From assembly GCA_964016885.1 (NCBI GenBank), contig OZ024755.1:18476001-18540000 (forward strand): a stretch of 64,000 nt of DNA, in the 5' to 3' direction. This DNA is from Eledone cirrhosa. Its lineage: Eukaryota. The notes under the pieces were generated by a model, which was not told the DNA's origin, did no database searches, and worked only from the letters and a program-made list of their open reading frames with translations. The position numbers and the translations under genes were made by a program. Positions 23,855 to 36,691 of this stretch are shown here, piece after piece; positions within the stretch are counted from its first letter, which is position 1, and the number at the start of each line of letters is the position of its first letter.

Positions 23855-23918
23855 AGTATATATATAAGTATATATATAAGTATATATATATATGTATATA
23901 TATAAGTATATATATAAG

Positions 23919-23962
<44 letters not shown>

Positions 23963-23977
23963 AGTATATAAATATAT

Positions 23978-24127
23978 AAATTCTGGACTCAAGTCCAGAA
24001 TTAGCCGTCGAAACGGCTTGAGCTCAGCCGTCGGGGTCCTACTCATTCCTATTACCCACTGTACTACCCTAAGTATTGAGTACTTTGGTGCGTTATGGTC
24101 CATCTGGTTCCTTACCACATTTCCTTC

Positions 24128-24130
<3 letters not shown>
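23978..24130 (+). mobile_element. Family A (TA)n-embedded element (Penelope-like remnant)
   Basis: Hairpin AATTCTGGAC-TCAA-GTCCAGAATT, then GAAACGGC...GCCGTC and the tail shared with the 6484 and 54678 copies. Confidence 0.65.
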
Positions 24131-24169
<39 letters not shown>

Positions 24170-24203
24170 GAAAAATCAGTGATGCATCTGAACTCAATTT
24201 ATT

Positions 24204-24291
24204 GTGTTACAATTATTTTGGCGGCGGACAGCTCGAGACCCGATCCTTGTGTGGATCTGTCTGACTCTGGACCTGCGGGCTCGTCGGACAC
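24204..24291 (-). ncRNA. Decayed hammerhead-like motif
   Basis: Minus: GTGT-CCGACGA-(long insert)-AAAA-TAATTG-TA-ACAC-AATAAA; two core substitutions, so probably inactive. Confidence 0.35.
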
Positions 24292-24419
24292 TTCCAATGC
24301 TTTCGTTTTATATTATATCATACTCTGCTCTGTAAGAGCATAGAGTGCTCAACCGTCATACCGCCTATGGAAGCATCTTAGCTACCATCAGACACACACA
24401 TATATATATATATATATAT

Positions 24420-24628
24420 GGAGGCACATGGCTTAGTGGTTAGAGCATTGGCCTTCTCAGACCGGGTGATGTGTTGTTTCCTTGAGCAAGACACTTTATT
24501 TCACATTGCTCCAGTTCACTCAGCTGTAAAAATGAGATGATAGGGACTGGGGTCCCTATCATTCCACTGCAAAGTGGACGTATAGGCGCCACGGAAAAAA
24601 AGCACCCAGCACTCACTGTAAATGAGGT
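24420..24628 (+). mobile_element. SINE family 2 with B-box region deleted, 3'-truncated
   Basis: GGAGGCACATGGCTTAGTGGTTAGAGC head joined to CTCAGACCGGGTG; CORE-like CCTTGAGCAAGACACTT. Confidence 0.8.
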
Positions 24629-24829
24629 GCTAAAATATTTTCGCTTTGGATGTGAATATTACACTAGTTTTACTTTCGATGTGAAATTCGTATGACCTAT
24701 TGATTTTGATGTGTTTTCTATGAATATGGCCTTCAAAATGGTTAAAAGTTGCATTATGTAATGGAGTTGGGAAGTAAAAACTATACTCTAAACAACACTT
24801 AAAACATTTTAAGTATTAAATTATTTAAA

Positions 24830-24987
24830 ATTTGATAAATATATTCTTCACTTATGATAATTTCTAAGCCTCGCGATCTAAACATAATGCATTGATTTAC
24901 CTACGTCAACTTATAAACAAGGTTTGAATTTTTGCTAATTTCTCAAACATAACACGGGGAGGTGCTTATATTCGAGTATATACGGTA
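24830..24987. mobile_element. Tc1/mariner-pogo-like DNA transposon terminus
   Basis: Ends CTTATATTCGAGTATATACGG|TA, resembling CCGTATATACTCGA-type TIRs; partner TIR not seen. Confidence 0.4.
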
Positions 24988-25585
24988 ATTATAAATTAGT
25001 TATGTGACACATGTACACATGTCTGCACGTGTACAGTTTTAATTTATACAAGAACTTTCTATCACAGCTGTACATTTTACAAATTTAAATGTTGAGTGCT
25101 CTGCAAAATTTTCATTCAGGATTACAAATAAGATACATTGCTTGCAATCTTTGAACTTCCTGGATGTTATTAAAAGCAACTAATTTGAAAAGAATCAATT
25201 AATTAAATTTTTTTGTAATTTAAAAAAATTTTGTTTTCAAAATCAAAACGCCATAATGAATTTATTGCAAATTTCTTTTAGACTTGGATAACATTTGGGA
25301 ATAATTAAAAAGTTTTAAGCATTTCCAAAACAAATAGCTAAATGTTGTCTTGGGTTAATTTCCTAATCATAGTTGAAATGTTTCAACAAAATGGTTGGAA
25401 TTATTTTCACTTTTATAAAATTCATGGTCAGAACTGAAAAGAAATGACATTTTTCATCTATCAGAACTAGAAATGGATTTTGTATGATATTTATTTACAA
25501 AGCCTGAATATATAACATCTAAATATACAGACCCATCCCACCCGTGCAATCAGGGAAAAGCGGACGTAAAAAAAAATGAAGATGA

Positions 25586-25901
25586 TGGTATATAACTTTT
25601 TACAAGGCCTGAATATATAAATATATGGTATATAACTTTTTACAAGGCCTGAATATATAAATGTATGGTATATAACTTTTTACAAGGCCTGGATATATAA
25701 ATGTATGGTATATAACATTTTACAAGGCCTGGATATATAAATGTATGGTATATAACTTTTTACAAGGCCTGGATATATAAATGTATGGTATATAACATTT
25801 TACAAGGCCTGGATATATAAATGTATGGTATATAACATTTTACAAGGCCTGGATATATAAATGTATGGTATATAACTTTTTACAAGGCCTGGATATATAA
25901 A
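25586..25901. repeat. 40-bp minisatellite (TGGTATATAACTTTTTACAAGGCCTGGATATATAAATGTA), about 8 copies
   Basis: Direct periodicity. Confidence 0.95.
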
Positions 25902-26283
25902 TAATCATTTCTACATAGACACAATAGCAGACATTTTGAAGAGGAGAGGAGTGGATAGTTAATTGTTCTCAGTACATGACTGGTACTATAACTAGTTAAC
26001 CTATACGCAAAATAACAACAAACGGTGATTTGTTGAGCTGTTGTTTATTGAATGATAAACATTTACAAAAGGTATGGAGTGATCTGCTCCTAAAGTTCAG
26101 GTCTTCTTACTCACCTCACTGGAAGTTCTACACTGCCTACTTATCTGCAATAAATGGTCTGCAGCAAAGTCCCTTCCATCAACAGTTTGTCTTTCCAGCC
26201 TCATGGCAATGCTCTACAGTACTGTATTTCATCAACTCCAGAAGGATGAAAGACTAAATATGACCTTAGAGAACTACAACAAA

Positions 26284-26472
26284 TAATTGTTTCTACTTTA
26301 GGCACAAGGCCAGAAATTACCCAGTACATTACTGGTACTCTATTTTATCGGCCCCGTAAGGATGAAAGGCAAAGTCAACCTCGGCGGGATTTGAACTCAG
26401 ATCGTAAAGGGACGTAACTATGCTGGAAAGCATGGCGTCCGACCCTCTACCGATACTGCCAATCCACCGCCC
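26284..26472 (-). mobile_element. SINE family 1 with 14-bp TSD
   Basis: CTACAACAAATAAT on both sides. Confidence 0.92.
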
Positions 26473-26530
26473 TACAACAAAATAATGCAAGGCATTTTGT
26501 CTGATGCTCTAATGGTCCTCAGATTTTACA

Positions 26531-26738
26531 GTCAAAACCAACTGGCAGGAGACACAGGGGTAGACCCCGAGTAAGATGGTTGGATAACATCGATGAGCTT
26601 GGCTGGTCAAGCTTGGGGATCCAGCCGGATCAATTGGAGATGGTTGCTTCTGACAGGACCTGCTGGAAGGAGTATTTGAGAACTCTGCCCCCCATGACCT
26701 TCCCAGGAATAAGTGGGCGAAGAAGAAGAAGAAGAAGT
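26531..26738 (+). mobile_element. RTE (Rex3/Expander-like) LINE 3' end with (GAA)n tail
   Basis: KPTGRRHRGRPRVRWLDNIDELGWSSLGIQPDQLEMVASDRTCWKEYLRTLPP. Confidence 0.8.
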
Positions 26739-27008
26739 AGCTCTAACAATTGATCACACTGAACTTTAAGTCTGGTCTCAATTCTTGATGGCTGGTTGTC
26801 ATTTTATTTCATATCATTTACATTATCAACGATCTCTGGAAACGTATGTTATCTATTTTCATGGCTACTAGGTCTGACTACCCCTAAAAAAGAAGGGACA
26901 TATTGGAAATTGTTCTAGATATATAAAGACAAGATATTCATAGCTAGAATGCCTTTTTATCATAAATCCACTCCATAAAAGTAGACCTGAGACTAAACAA
27001 CAACTACA

Positions 27009-27012
<4 letters not shown>

Positions 27013-27060
<48 letters not shown>

Positions 27061-27640
27061 TATATATACATGTACATATATACACATATATATATATATA
27101 TTTCCTTGTGTGTGTGTGTATCTATATATATATATATACACATATACATATATACATATATACACATATACATATATACACACTCACTCGCACACACACA
27201 TATATATATATTTCTTCCTTGTGTGTGTGTGTATCTATATATATATATATATACACATATACATATATACACATATACACATATACATATGTACACACTC
27301 ACTCGCACACGCACATATATATATATATTTCTTCCTTGTGTGTGTGTGTATCTATATATATATATATATATACACATATACATATATACACATATACACA
27401 TGTACACACTCACTCGCACACACACATATATATATATTTCTTCCTTGTGTGTGTGTGTATCTATATATATATATATATACACATATACACATATACACAT
27501 ATACATATGTACACACTCACTCGCACACGCATATATATATATATATTTCTTTCTTGTGTGTGTGTGTGTGTGTGTATCTATATATATATATATATATACA
27601 CACATACATATATACACATATACATATGTACACACTCACT

Positions 27641-27673
<33 letters not shown>

Positions 27674-27825
27674 TTCCTTGTGTGTGTGTGTGTGTGTGTG
27701 TGTATCTATATATATATATACACATATACACATATACATATATACACATATACACACTCACTCGCACACACACACATATATATATATTTCTTCCTTGTGT
27801 GTGTGTGCGTGTGTGTGTGTGTACA
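27013..27825. repeat. Compound microsatellite amplified as about 110-125-bp units (TTCCTT-(GT)n-ATC-(TA)n-CACATATA...-CACTCACTCGCACAC)
   Basis: About 6-7 recurrences of the same ordered modules. Confidence 0.9.
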
Positions 27826-28219
27826 CATGCAAAACAGTTTAATACCAACAGCTGCTAGCAACACTAATGACTGTGACATTTATCTAACTCTTCTAACTGT
27901 GGAAGTTGCTGTCAGTGATTTTAAATGAACAACAACAGCAACAACAGCAGCAACAACAACAACAACGACAACACTACTACTAATAAGTGTTTCTAGTTTT
28001 GGCTCAAGAATGGTGTAATATTCATATAGAAAAAGATAATTGAATGTAATAACTTTCATCTTATTGTGTTAGGTCTTGACAGAGAATGGAGCCTCCAACA
28101 CCAGTCATTTGGAATAATAGTTGCTGAGGAATCAAAATATATTGATCTGTGACTTTTATTTGTTGCAGGCATGAGTTCTATATGATAAAGACTGGCATTA
28201 AGTGTAACTGTGCAAAGAT

Positions 28220-28411
28220 ATTGTTTCTACGTTTGGCACAAGGCCAGCAATTATCCCAGTGCATTACTGGTACTTTATTTAATCGACCCCCCCCCCACCC
28301 CGTAACGATGAAAGGCAAAGTCAACCTCGGCGGGATTTTAACTCAGAATGGCAAGGGCCGTAACTCTATGCGTCAAAGCATGGCGTCCGACCCTCTACCG
28401 ATACTGCCAAT
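28220..28411 (-). mobile_element. SINE family 1 with 11-bp TSD
   Basis: CAAAGATATTG on both sides. Confidence 0.88.
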
Positions 28412-28543
28412 CAAAGATATTGGAAATTATACAGCTATAGGTATGTATGGGAAATGATGGGATTGACACCTGAAATATAGTTTTGGAGAGATGCTATGGT
28501 ACAAGCTAAACAATAAGAAGCACACACACACACACACACACAC

Positions 28544-28781
28544 ATCATCATTATCATCATCATCATCGTTTAACGTCCATCTTCCACGCTAACAAGGGTT
28601 AGATGGGAGTTGTGCCACTTGAGGCAAGGTTGGTCAGGTGACCGTGTCTCGCTCGTATAGGACTGTATCTGGCAGGCTGTCTACGGCTGGATGCCCTTCC
28701 TAACACCAACCACATTTACAGTGTGGAACTGGGAACTTTTTACCGTGTTACCTACGCGGCCACATTACAGTGTGGACTGTG
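28544..28781 (-). mobile_element. RTE LINE 3' UTR fragment
   Basis: CATCGTTTAACGTCCATCTTCCACGC...GGATGCCCTTCCTAACACCAACC. Confidence 0.8.
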
Positions 28782-29047
28782 AGTAGTTTTTTTAATTTTT
28801 TTTATATATATATTTACACACACCCCACACAAACATATATATGTACTGAAATCATAAGGACCTCCAGAGTTCGACTGATGAGAAGGGTCTTTCCTGTGTA
28901 TTATCCGTTTTTCCGTTGTTTTCACCCACTTTTTAAAAACTGTGTTTGTGTGTGTTAGAGCAGGTGTAAGAAAGCTTTTTCAAGCAGAGGGTCACCCACT
29001 TGTGATATAACTCATCATAAAGCAGGTCACATTTAAAAAATAATTCA

Positions 29048-29278
29048 AGCACCCAGTCCACACTGTAAAGTGATCGTGTAGGTATCACGTCAAAAAGCAC
29101 CCAGTTCTCACTGTAAATAAGATTGGCATTAGGAAGGGCACCCAGCTGTACAAGTCAAACCAAAATCAGTTCTGTATGAGCATGACATGGTCACCTGACC
29201 TAGCATTGCTCACAACAAGACAATTCGTCTAACCCATGCCAGCGTGAGGAAATGGACGTAAAACAAAGATGATGATAA
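29048..29278 (+). mobile_element. Diverged RTE-tail/SINE fragment
   Basis: GGCATTAGGAAGGGCACCCAGCTGT...AACCCATGCCAGCGTG...GGACGTAAAAC-GATGATGAT. Confidence 0.65.
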
Positions 29279-29567
29279 TAAATATATCTGATTCTGTTCT
29301 TATAGCTACAATTCAAATAATACTTCAACGATAAAAATCATATATTTATTTTTATTGTTTTGGTGGTTAAATATTGATTACTTGCAATAATGGGATTGAT
29401 TGATTAAATAGGTAGTTTGGTTGCAGGATGCAGAAATTGTAAAATAATATCATTTGGATTCCCAAACACAGAAAATAACTGTAACAACAGTCGATTGCAC
29501 ATATATATATATATATATATACATGCACCCACACACACACATATATATACATACACCCACACACACA

Positions 29568-29568
<1 letters not shown>

Positions 29569-29601
<33 letters not shown>

Positions 29602-29695
29602 GTTTAACGTCCATCTTCCACGCTTGCATGGGTTTGTACGGGAATTTTCCCACTTGAGGCAAGATTGGTTGACTTGCTCGTATAGGTCTATATAT

Positions 29696-29726
<31 letters not shown>

Positions 29727-29784
29727 ACGTTTAACGTCTGTGTTCCACGCTTGCATGGGTTTGGACGGGGGTTTTCCCACTTGA
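29569..29784 (-). mobile_element. Two stacked short RTE 3'-tail fragments
   Basis: (CAT)n-CGTTTAACGTC...CCCACTTGA twice, separated by TA. Confidence 0.8.
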
Positions 29785-29799
29785 TATATATATATATAT

Positions 29800-30286
<487 letters not shown>

Positions 30287-30695
30287 TAAATAGATTACAT
30301 TAATTGTCTCCTGGGAACTGGAAGTTATTTTCATTTTATTTATAACTAATTGTTTGTTTATTCTTTAATTCTTTTAGACTGTGGTCATGCTGGGGCACCA
30401 CCGACAAGCAGATCATATCAACACCAATACACCATCTGGCATATTTAGCTTTATAAATGCCCATGCCTAATGGATTTTTTTTTATTAGTAGTACATCCTG
30501 TTTATCATGCAGTCTTTTGCTTGAATAACATTGCTCTTGCAGGCTTTAAGTAGCCATTCAACTGTCTAGTAACAACAGCTAAATTCCTGGAAATCACAGC
30601 TTACAATCTTAAAATGAGAAGTACCATTGGACAATATTGTCCAAGATATACAAAAACAGATGGGATTGTCAATGCCAGAATGCTTTTGATTATAG

Positions 30696-30906
30696 GTTGG
30701 TGGATAGGCAGTAATTGGTAGAGCATCGCACAGCATGCTCTGTGACATAGTTATATCCTTTTACATTCTAAATTCAAATTATGCCAGGGTTATAGCTTTG
30801 CCTTTCATCCTTATGGATAAAAATAAAGTACCAGTAATGTCCTGGGGTCGATATAATTGACTTACCCCTCCACCCAAATTGTTAGCCTTGTGCCTAAATC
30901 AGAAAC
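30696..30906 (+). mobile_element. SINE family 1, long variant
   Basis: CTTTGCCTTTCATCC...AAAGTACCAGTAATG...extra GTCGATATAATTGACTTACCCCT...TTGTGCCTAAATCAGAAAC. Confidence 0.75.
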
Positions 30907-30965
30907 TAGTGTCGGTTTGCTGATTGAACCTAGGGCTAAACACCAACAATATCATCAACAATCAT

Positions 30966-31306
30966 GGAGGCACATGGCTTAGTGGTTAGAGCATTGGGCT
31001 TGCAATCGAAAGGTTGTGAGTTCAATTCTCAGACCGGGTGATGTGTTGTTTCCTTGAGCAAGACACTTTATTTCACATTGCTCCATTTTACTCAGCTGTA
31101 GAAATGAGATGATAGGGACTGAGGTCCATATTCCACTGTAAAGTGGTTGTGGAGGTGCCACGACAAAAAAGCACCCAGCACTCACTGTAAATGAGGTTGG
31201 TGTTAGGAAGTGCATCCAGCTGTAGAAATCAAGCCAGAATCAGTTCCCGTCCCACCCTTGTAAGCAGGGAAAAAGCGGATGTAAAATGAAATGATGATGA
31301 TGATGA
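30966..31306 (+). mobile_element. SINE family 2, full length (tRNA head, CORE-like domain, RTE-derived tail)
   Basis: A-box TGGCTTAGTGG, B-box GAGTTCAATTC, CCTTGAGCAAGACACTT, GTTGGTGTTAGGAAG...CAGCTGTAGAAA shared with the LINE UTR, (GAT)n. Confidence 0.9.
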
Positions 31307-31639
31307 ATCTCTTTCTATGTTGAAACAATTTATTTTGTGACTCTACAGATCTTATCAATACTTCCCATTGACATATATAAATGAAGAAATTGGCTGTGAA
31401 TACAAAAGAAATTGTTTGTGCATGGACACATTTGTTGAGTGAGGGACTGATATAGGATATATCATCATCATTTTACATCGCTTTTCCTTGCAAGGGTGGG
31501 ATGGGTCCTTTGTTTTACGTGTGTTGTGTTGAAGCAAATAACTTTGTGTATACTCTGGTAATGTATCTTACATTGCCCATGGAGAGCGCTGGGATACAAC
31601 CGGTACTGGCATTGATAAATATGCTGGGTCTGTGTGTAT

Positions 31640-32226
31640 ATATACATGTGTATATTTATACACATTATACATACCTATTCACACACACAAACATATATAC
31701 ACACATACATATAAACATACAATCATGCATATACATGTATATATACATACACACATACATACCTATTCACACACACAAACATATATACACACGTACATAT
31801 ACACATACATATAAACATACAATCATGCATATACATGTATATATACATACACACATACATACCTATTCACACACACAAACATATATACACACAAACATAT
31901 ACACATACATATAAACATACAATCATGCATATACATGTATATATACATACACACAAACATATATACACACAAACATATACACATACATATAAACATACAA
32001 TCATGCATATACATGTATATATACATACACACATACATACATATATATATATATATGCACACACACACACAAATACATATATATATATATATACATACAT
32101 GCGTACATACGCACACACACATACATATATATACACATACCTATTCACACACACAAACATATATACACACATACATATACACATACATATAAACATACAA
32201 TCATGCATATACATGTATATATACAT

Positions 32227-32267
<41 letters not shown>

Positions 32268-32414
32268 CACAGAAATACATACATGCATACATACGCACAC
32301 ACACATACATATATATACACATACATACCTATTCACACACACAAACATATATACACACATACATATACACATACATATAAACATACAATCAAGCATATAC
32401 ATGTATATATACAT

Positions 32415-32452
<38 letters not shown>

Positions 32453-32878
32453 GCACACACAAATACATATATATATACATACATGCGTACATACACACAC
32501 ACACATACATATATATACACATACATACCTATTCACACACACAAACATATATACACACACACACACATACATATACACATACATATAAACATACAATCAA
32601 GCATATACATGTATATATACATACACACATATATATATTTATGCACACACACACAAATACATATATATATATACATACATGCGTACATACGCACACACAC
32701 ATATATATATATATATGCACACACACAAATACATATATATATGCATACATGCGTACATACGCACACACACATACATATATATATATACATACATGCGTAC
32801 ATACGCACACACACATACATATATATATATACATACATGCATACATACATACACACACACAGACATATATATACATAT
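31640..32878. repeat. Compound CA/TA minisatellite (ACCTATTCACACACACAAAC...AAACATACAATCATGC)
   Basis: Direct recurrence of modules. Confidence 0.9.
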
Positions 32879-32999
32879 AATTGTTGATATTTGATATAAG
32901 AGGATTAATGGGAAGATGTTATCAGGTGAATTTAAAGGTTACTCCTAGAATAGCAAATATTAAATGATGTGGAATCCTGTATAGTTGTTGAGAGATGTG

Positions 33000-33298
33000 G
33001 AGTGGAAAGGTAAGTTCTTGTTGAGTGAAGTGACTTGACTTTTTACCACCCCAAAACCTACCACTACCCTACCTTGGCTGGTCATATTTTAATTTCACCT
33101 ACATTGGTAACACCAATAGGAGAGGCATGTATATCACAACATTCATAGAATGGTGTGAAGTGGAAGGGTAGAGTCTCGTTGAGTGAAGTGATTTGATTTT
33201 TTTTTATCAGCTCTAACCCTCTCCTAGCTGGCCATATTTTCATTTCATTTATATAGTTAATATCTAAATAGGACAGGCATGCATATCACAACACTCAT
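33000..33298. repeat. Diverged about 155-bp direct duplication
   Basis: GTTGAGTGAAGTGA...GCTGG(T/C)CATATTTT...AGGCATG(T/C)ATATCACAACA twice. Confidence 0.7.
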
Positions 33299-33396
33299 TG
33301 ATCAACATCTTTAAATTCAATAGGGTTAATACCTGCAGAGAGATACCTACTTTCTTACCCATCATCAGCATCATCATCATCATCACCATTGTTTAA

Positions 33397-33604
33397 CCCT
33401 TTAGCATTTAAACCGGCCATATCCGGCCAGAATTCTCTCACCTCTTTCTGTTCAAACTGGCCATAACCGGCCATTCATACTGATGTTAAGGTATTGTTCT
33501 CAAAATAAATAATATCAAAATCTCATAGATTTGATATTATGTGAGATAAAGCCTTTACTGTGAAAATATAACAATAAATATAGAGTAATGTAAATGCTAA
33601 AGGG
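33397..33604. mobile_element. piggyBac-type MITE (subtype a) nested in a SINE/LINE tail
   Basis: TTAA|CCCTTTAGCATTTA...TAAATGCTAAAGGG|TTAA; flanks rejoin as (CAT)n...GTTTAATGCCCTCTTTCCCTGC. Confidence 0.88.
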
Positions 33605-34380
33605 TTAATGCCCTCTTTCCCTGCTAGCAATGGTGGGAGGGGTGTAGCTTTGTCTATGAACAGCCAAAGAGTTGACTCTAATACACACAAAACAAATTAA
33701 ATATAGATAGATTGATTGATTGGTCTTAACATGATGAAAATGGTTTGTGATTATTGATATCTCCAAACATACTTCATTTCTATATTATTGGGAAGAGGAG
33801 GTTACTGTGAGCTGATCTTAAATCACTAACAACGGGGGTTGGGGGTTGTTGTGAGATATGATCTTAAATCACTGACACTAATAAAAGGGATGACACTAAT
33901 AAAAGGGATGACGAAAGATGAGAGTTAATGGAGGGATGCTGGAAAAGGTCTATTCAACCCATGCAAGAATGGACAAACAGATGTAAAGCAATACTGATGA
34001 TGATGATCATGATGATGATGGTTGGTGATGATGGTTGGTGATGATGGCGGGGGAGGTTGTGATGATAGCGGGGGAGGTTGTGATGATGATGATGATGATG
34101 ATGATGACAATATACCCACGTTGTCAAAGATGATGACAGAAAAGCACACCCAGTACACTCTGTAAGGTGGTTGGCATTAGGAAGGGACATTCAGTTGGCA
34201 GTAGAAACTATGCCAAATATGGAATATGAACAAGATGAGGTCACTTCGACATCCTCTAGTCTCAAGCCATGACAACCCATCCAACTGGTTAAAAATAGCA
34301 GCTAAACCTCCCTCAAAGTGCACCCTATTATCTAAACTAAGGAACAGACACATTGGATAATGAAGTGGTTGTGGTTTTCT

Positions 34381-34700
34381 GCCCCCTGAGGGTGTGTAGC
34401 CCTAAGCTATAATTTATTTAGCTTATAGGTAAGTCTAGCACTGGTTATACTGAGGCCCCCGAGGAGGTATGGCCGTAAGCTTCAGTTTATTTAGCTTATA
34501 GGTAAGTCTAGCACTGGTTATACTGAGGCCCCCGAGGAGGTATGGCCGTAAGCTTCAGTTCATTTAGCTTATAGGTAAGTCTAGCACTGGTTATACCGAG
34601 GCCCCCGAGGAGGTGTGGCCCTAAGCTATAGGTAAGACCAGCACTGGCTAAAAAGGGGACCCGAAGAATATGTGGCTCTAAGCTATAGCTTATCTAGCAC
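34381..34700. repeat. 73-bp tandem repeat, about 4 copies
   Basis: CTGGTTATAC at 34441, 34514 and 34587. Confidence 0.88.
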
Positions 34701-34820
34701 TGCACTTAATAAATATACATTCTAACCCTAGTAGGTAGGTGTAGATATTATATAACTATACACTTACCAAACATATTCTAACCCTAGTAGGTAGGTGTAG
34801 ATAGATATTATGTAACTACA

Positions 34821-35196
34821 ACAACCCTGAACACCTTTTTGATTTCCATGTGTCTAACACACGTGGACATGCCAACAAAGTCAGAAAACAGCACAGCTCC
34901 CATGACTTTTGGAAACATTATTTCACGCTCAGAGTTGCTGAAGCATGGAACAAACTACCTGCATCAGTTATTAGCTGCTGAGACACTGCATCCTTTAAAA
35001 CCTCCATGCTTCCCGAGATTCGCCAACACTACGCCTGGTGTTACCACTCCATTCACACGCACACATGTATTTCATGACTCATACACTGTTCATTTTCCTG
35101 ACATTTGTACATTATTCTATGTACTATACATGCACCTTTGATGAGTTGTAGTGCACCTGAGCACTGTACACAATAATTTCACTATAATTATTATTA
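34821..35196 (+). mobile_element. CR1-clade LINE 3' end with (TTA)n tail
   Basis: NTRGHANKVRKQHSSHDFWKHYFTLRVAEAWNKLPASVISC*DTASFK, the CR1 C-terminal TRGH...WN.LP...FK pattern. Confidence 0.82.
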
Positions 35197-35599
35197 CCAA
35201 ACATACATTCTAACCCTAGTAGGTATGTGTAGATATTATGTAACTACACACTTACCAAACATACATTCTAACCCTAGTAGGTATGTGTAGATATTATATA
35301 ACTACACACTTACCAAACATACATTCTAACCCTAGTAGGTATGTGTAGATATTATATAACTACACACTTACCAAACATACATTCTAACCCTAGTAGGTAT
35401 GTGTAGATATTATGTAACTACACACTTACCAAACATACATTCTAACCCTAGTAGGTATGTGTAGATATTATATAACTACACACTTACCAAACATACATTC
35501 TAACCCTAGTAGGTATGTGTAGATATTATGTAACTATACACTTACCAAACATACATTCTAACCCTAGTAGGTATGTGTAGATATTATATAGATTACACA

Positions 35600-35786
35600 G
35601 GGGTGAATTGGCAGTATCGGTAGAGGGTCAGACGCCATGCTTTCCAGCATAGTTACGTCCCTTTACAGTCTGAGTTCAAATCCCATCGAGGTTAACTTTG
35701 CCTTTCATCCTTACCACGTCGATAAAATAAAGTACCAGTAATGCACTGGGTAATTGCTGGCCTTGTGCCAATAGCAGAAACAATTC
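35600..35786 (+). mobile_element. SINE family 1 with 13-bp TSD
   Basis: TATAGATTACACA at 35587 and 35787. Confidence 0.92.
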
Positions 35787-36052
35787 TATAGATTACACAC
35801 TTATTAAACATATATTCTGACTGTTTTGTTAAAAGAGTAAATAAAACATTTATGAAAATCAAGCAAGTCAGTTTGAATGTCTTGTAGACATTATTGCTTC
35901 AGACAAACAAGTTAAAGCAGAACATAATTGGTAATTGAATTATTGAGAGAAAACAACAACACGTGGTCTTTAATGGTAGAAATTATAGGAATTATAGAAG
36001 AGAGAAATAAGAAAAAGAGAGTTTGAGGAAACAATAAGAGATCTATCAAATA

Positions 36053-36247
36053 ATAATTGTTTCTACTTTTTGGTACAAGGCCAGCAATTACCCCAGTGCA
36101 CTACTGGTACTTTATTTTATCGACCCTGTAAGGATGAAAGACAAAGTTAACCTCAGCAGGATTTGAACTCGGACCATAAAGGGCCATAACTCTATGTTGC
36201 AAAGCATGGCGTCCGACCCTCTACCGACACTGCCAATCCACCGCCCC
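36053..36247 (-). mobile_element. SINE family 1
   Basis: Full head to tail; imperfect TSD CTAT(C/A)AAATAAT. Confidence 0.9.
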
Positions 36248-36691
36248 TATAAAATAATGATAATAATTAAATTGATATATGTTGTAGAGAAAAACCCTGA
36301 ACACCCCCACATAACTAAAAGTGGACTAGGCGAAATGTCTATAAACAATAACTGAAATGAACTGTCAGTAGACTGAGTATACAGAGTCTCATTGTAGTGA
36401 TCTCGTTGGCAGTTTGAGATTATGTCTGGTGAATACTTTAGTTTTACCTTCGTTCGTACAGATATAGTAACAGGTTTAATACCCCATTATAACAATATAT
36501 TTATGGGAAATATGAAATAAATAGAATAACTAAAAAGAGGTATATAAACAGGTATGTAAACAACCAGAATATATTGGTTGCTAGAAACCCACAGATAGGC
36601 CCCAATACAACACTGGTAATAGGTCCAAGCCAGACATGTGTAGGTTATGGCTATACATATACAGGTAAGGGAACAGATTTAAAGCACTAGA

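Larger units (their letters stand above)
34715..35820. repeat. 58-bp minisatellite interrupted by a CR1 fragment and a SINE
   Basis: ACCAAACATACATTCTAACCCTAGTAGGTATGTGTAGATATTATGTAACTACACACTT units before and after the inserts. Confidence 0.9.

Noticed and set aside
30966-31040. tRNA genes at SINE heads
   Set aside because: A and B boxes present but no acceptor stem closure; they continue into SINE bodies.
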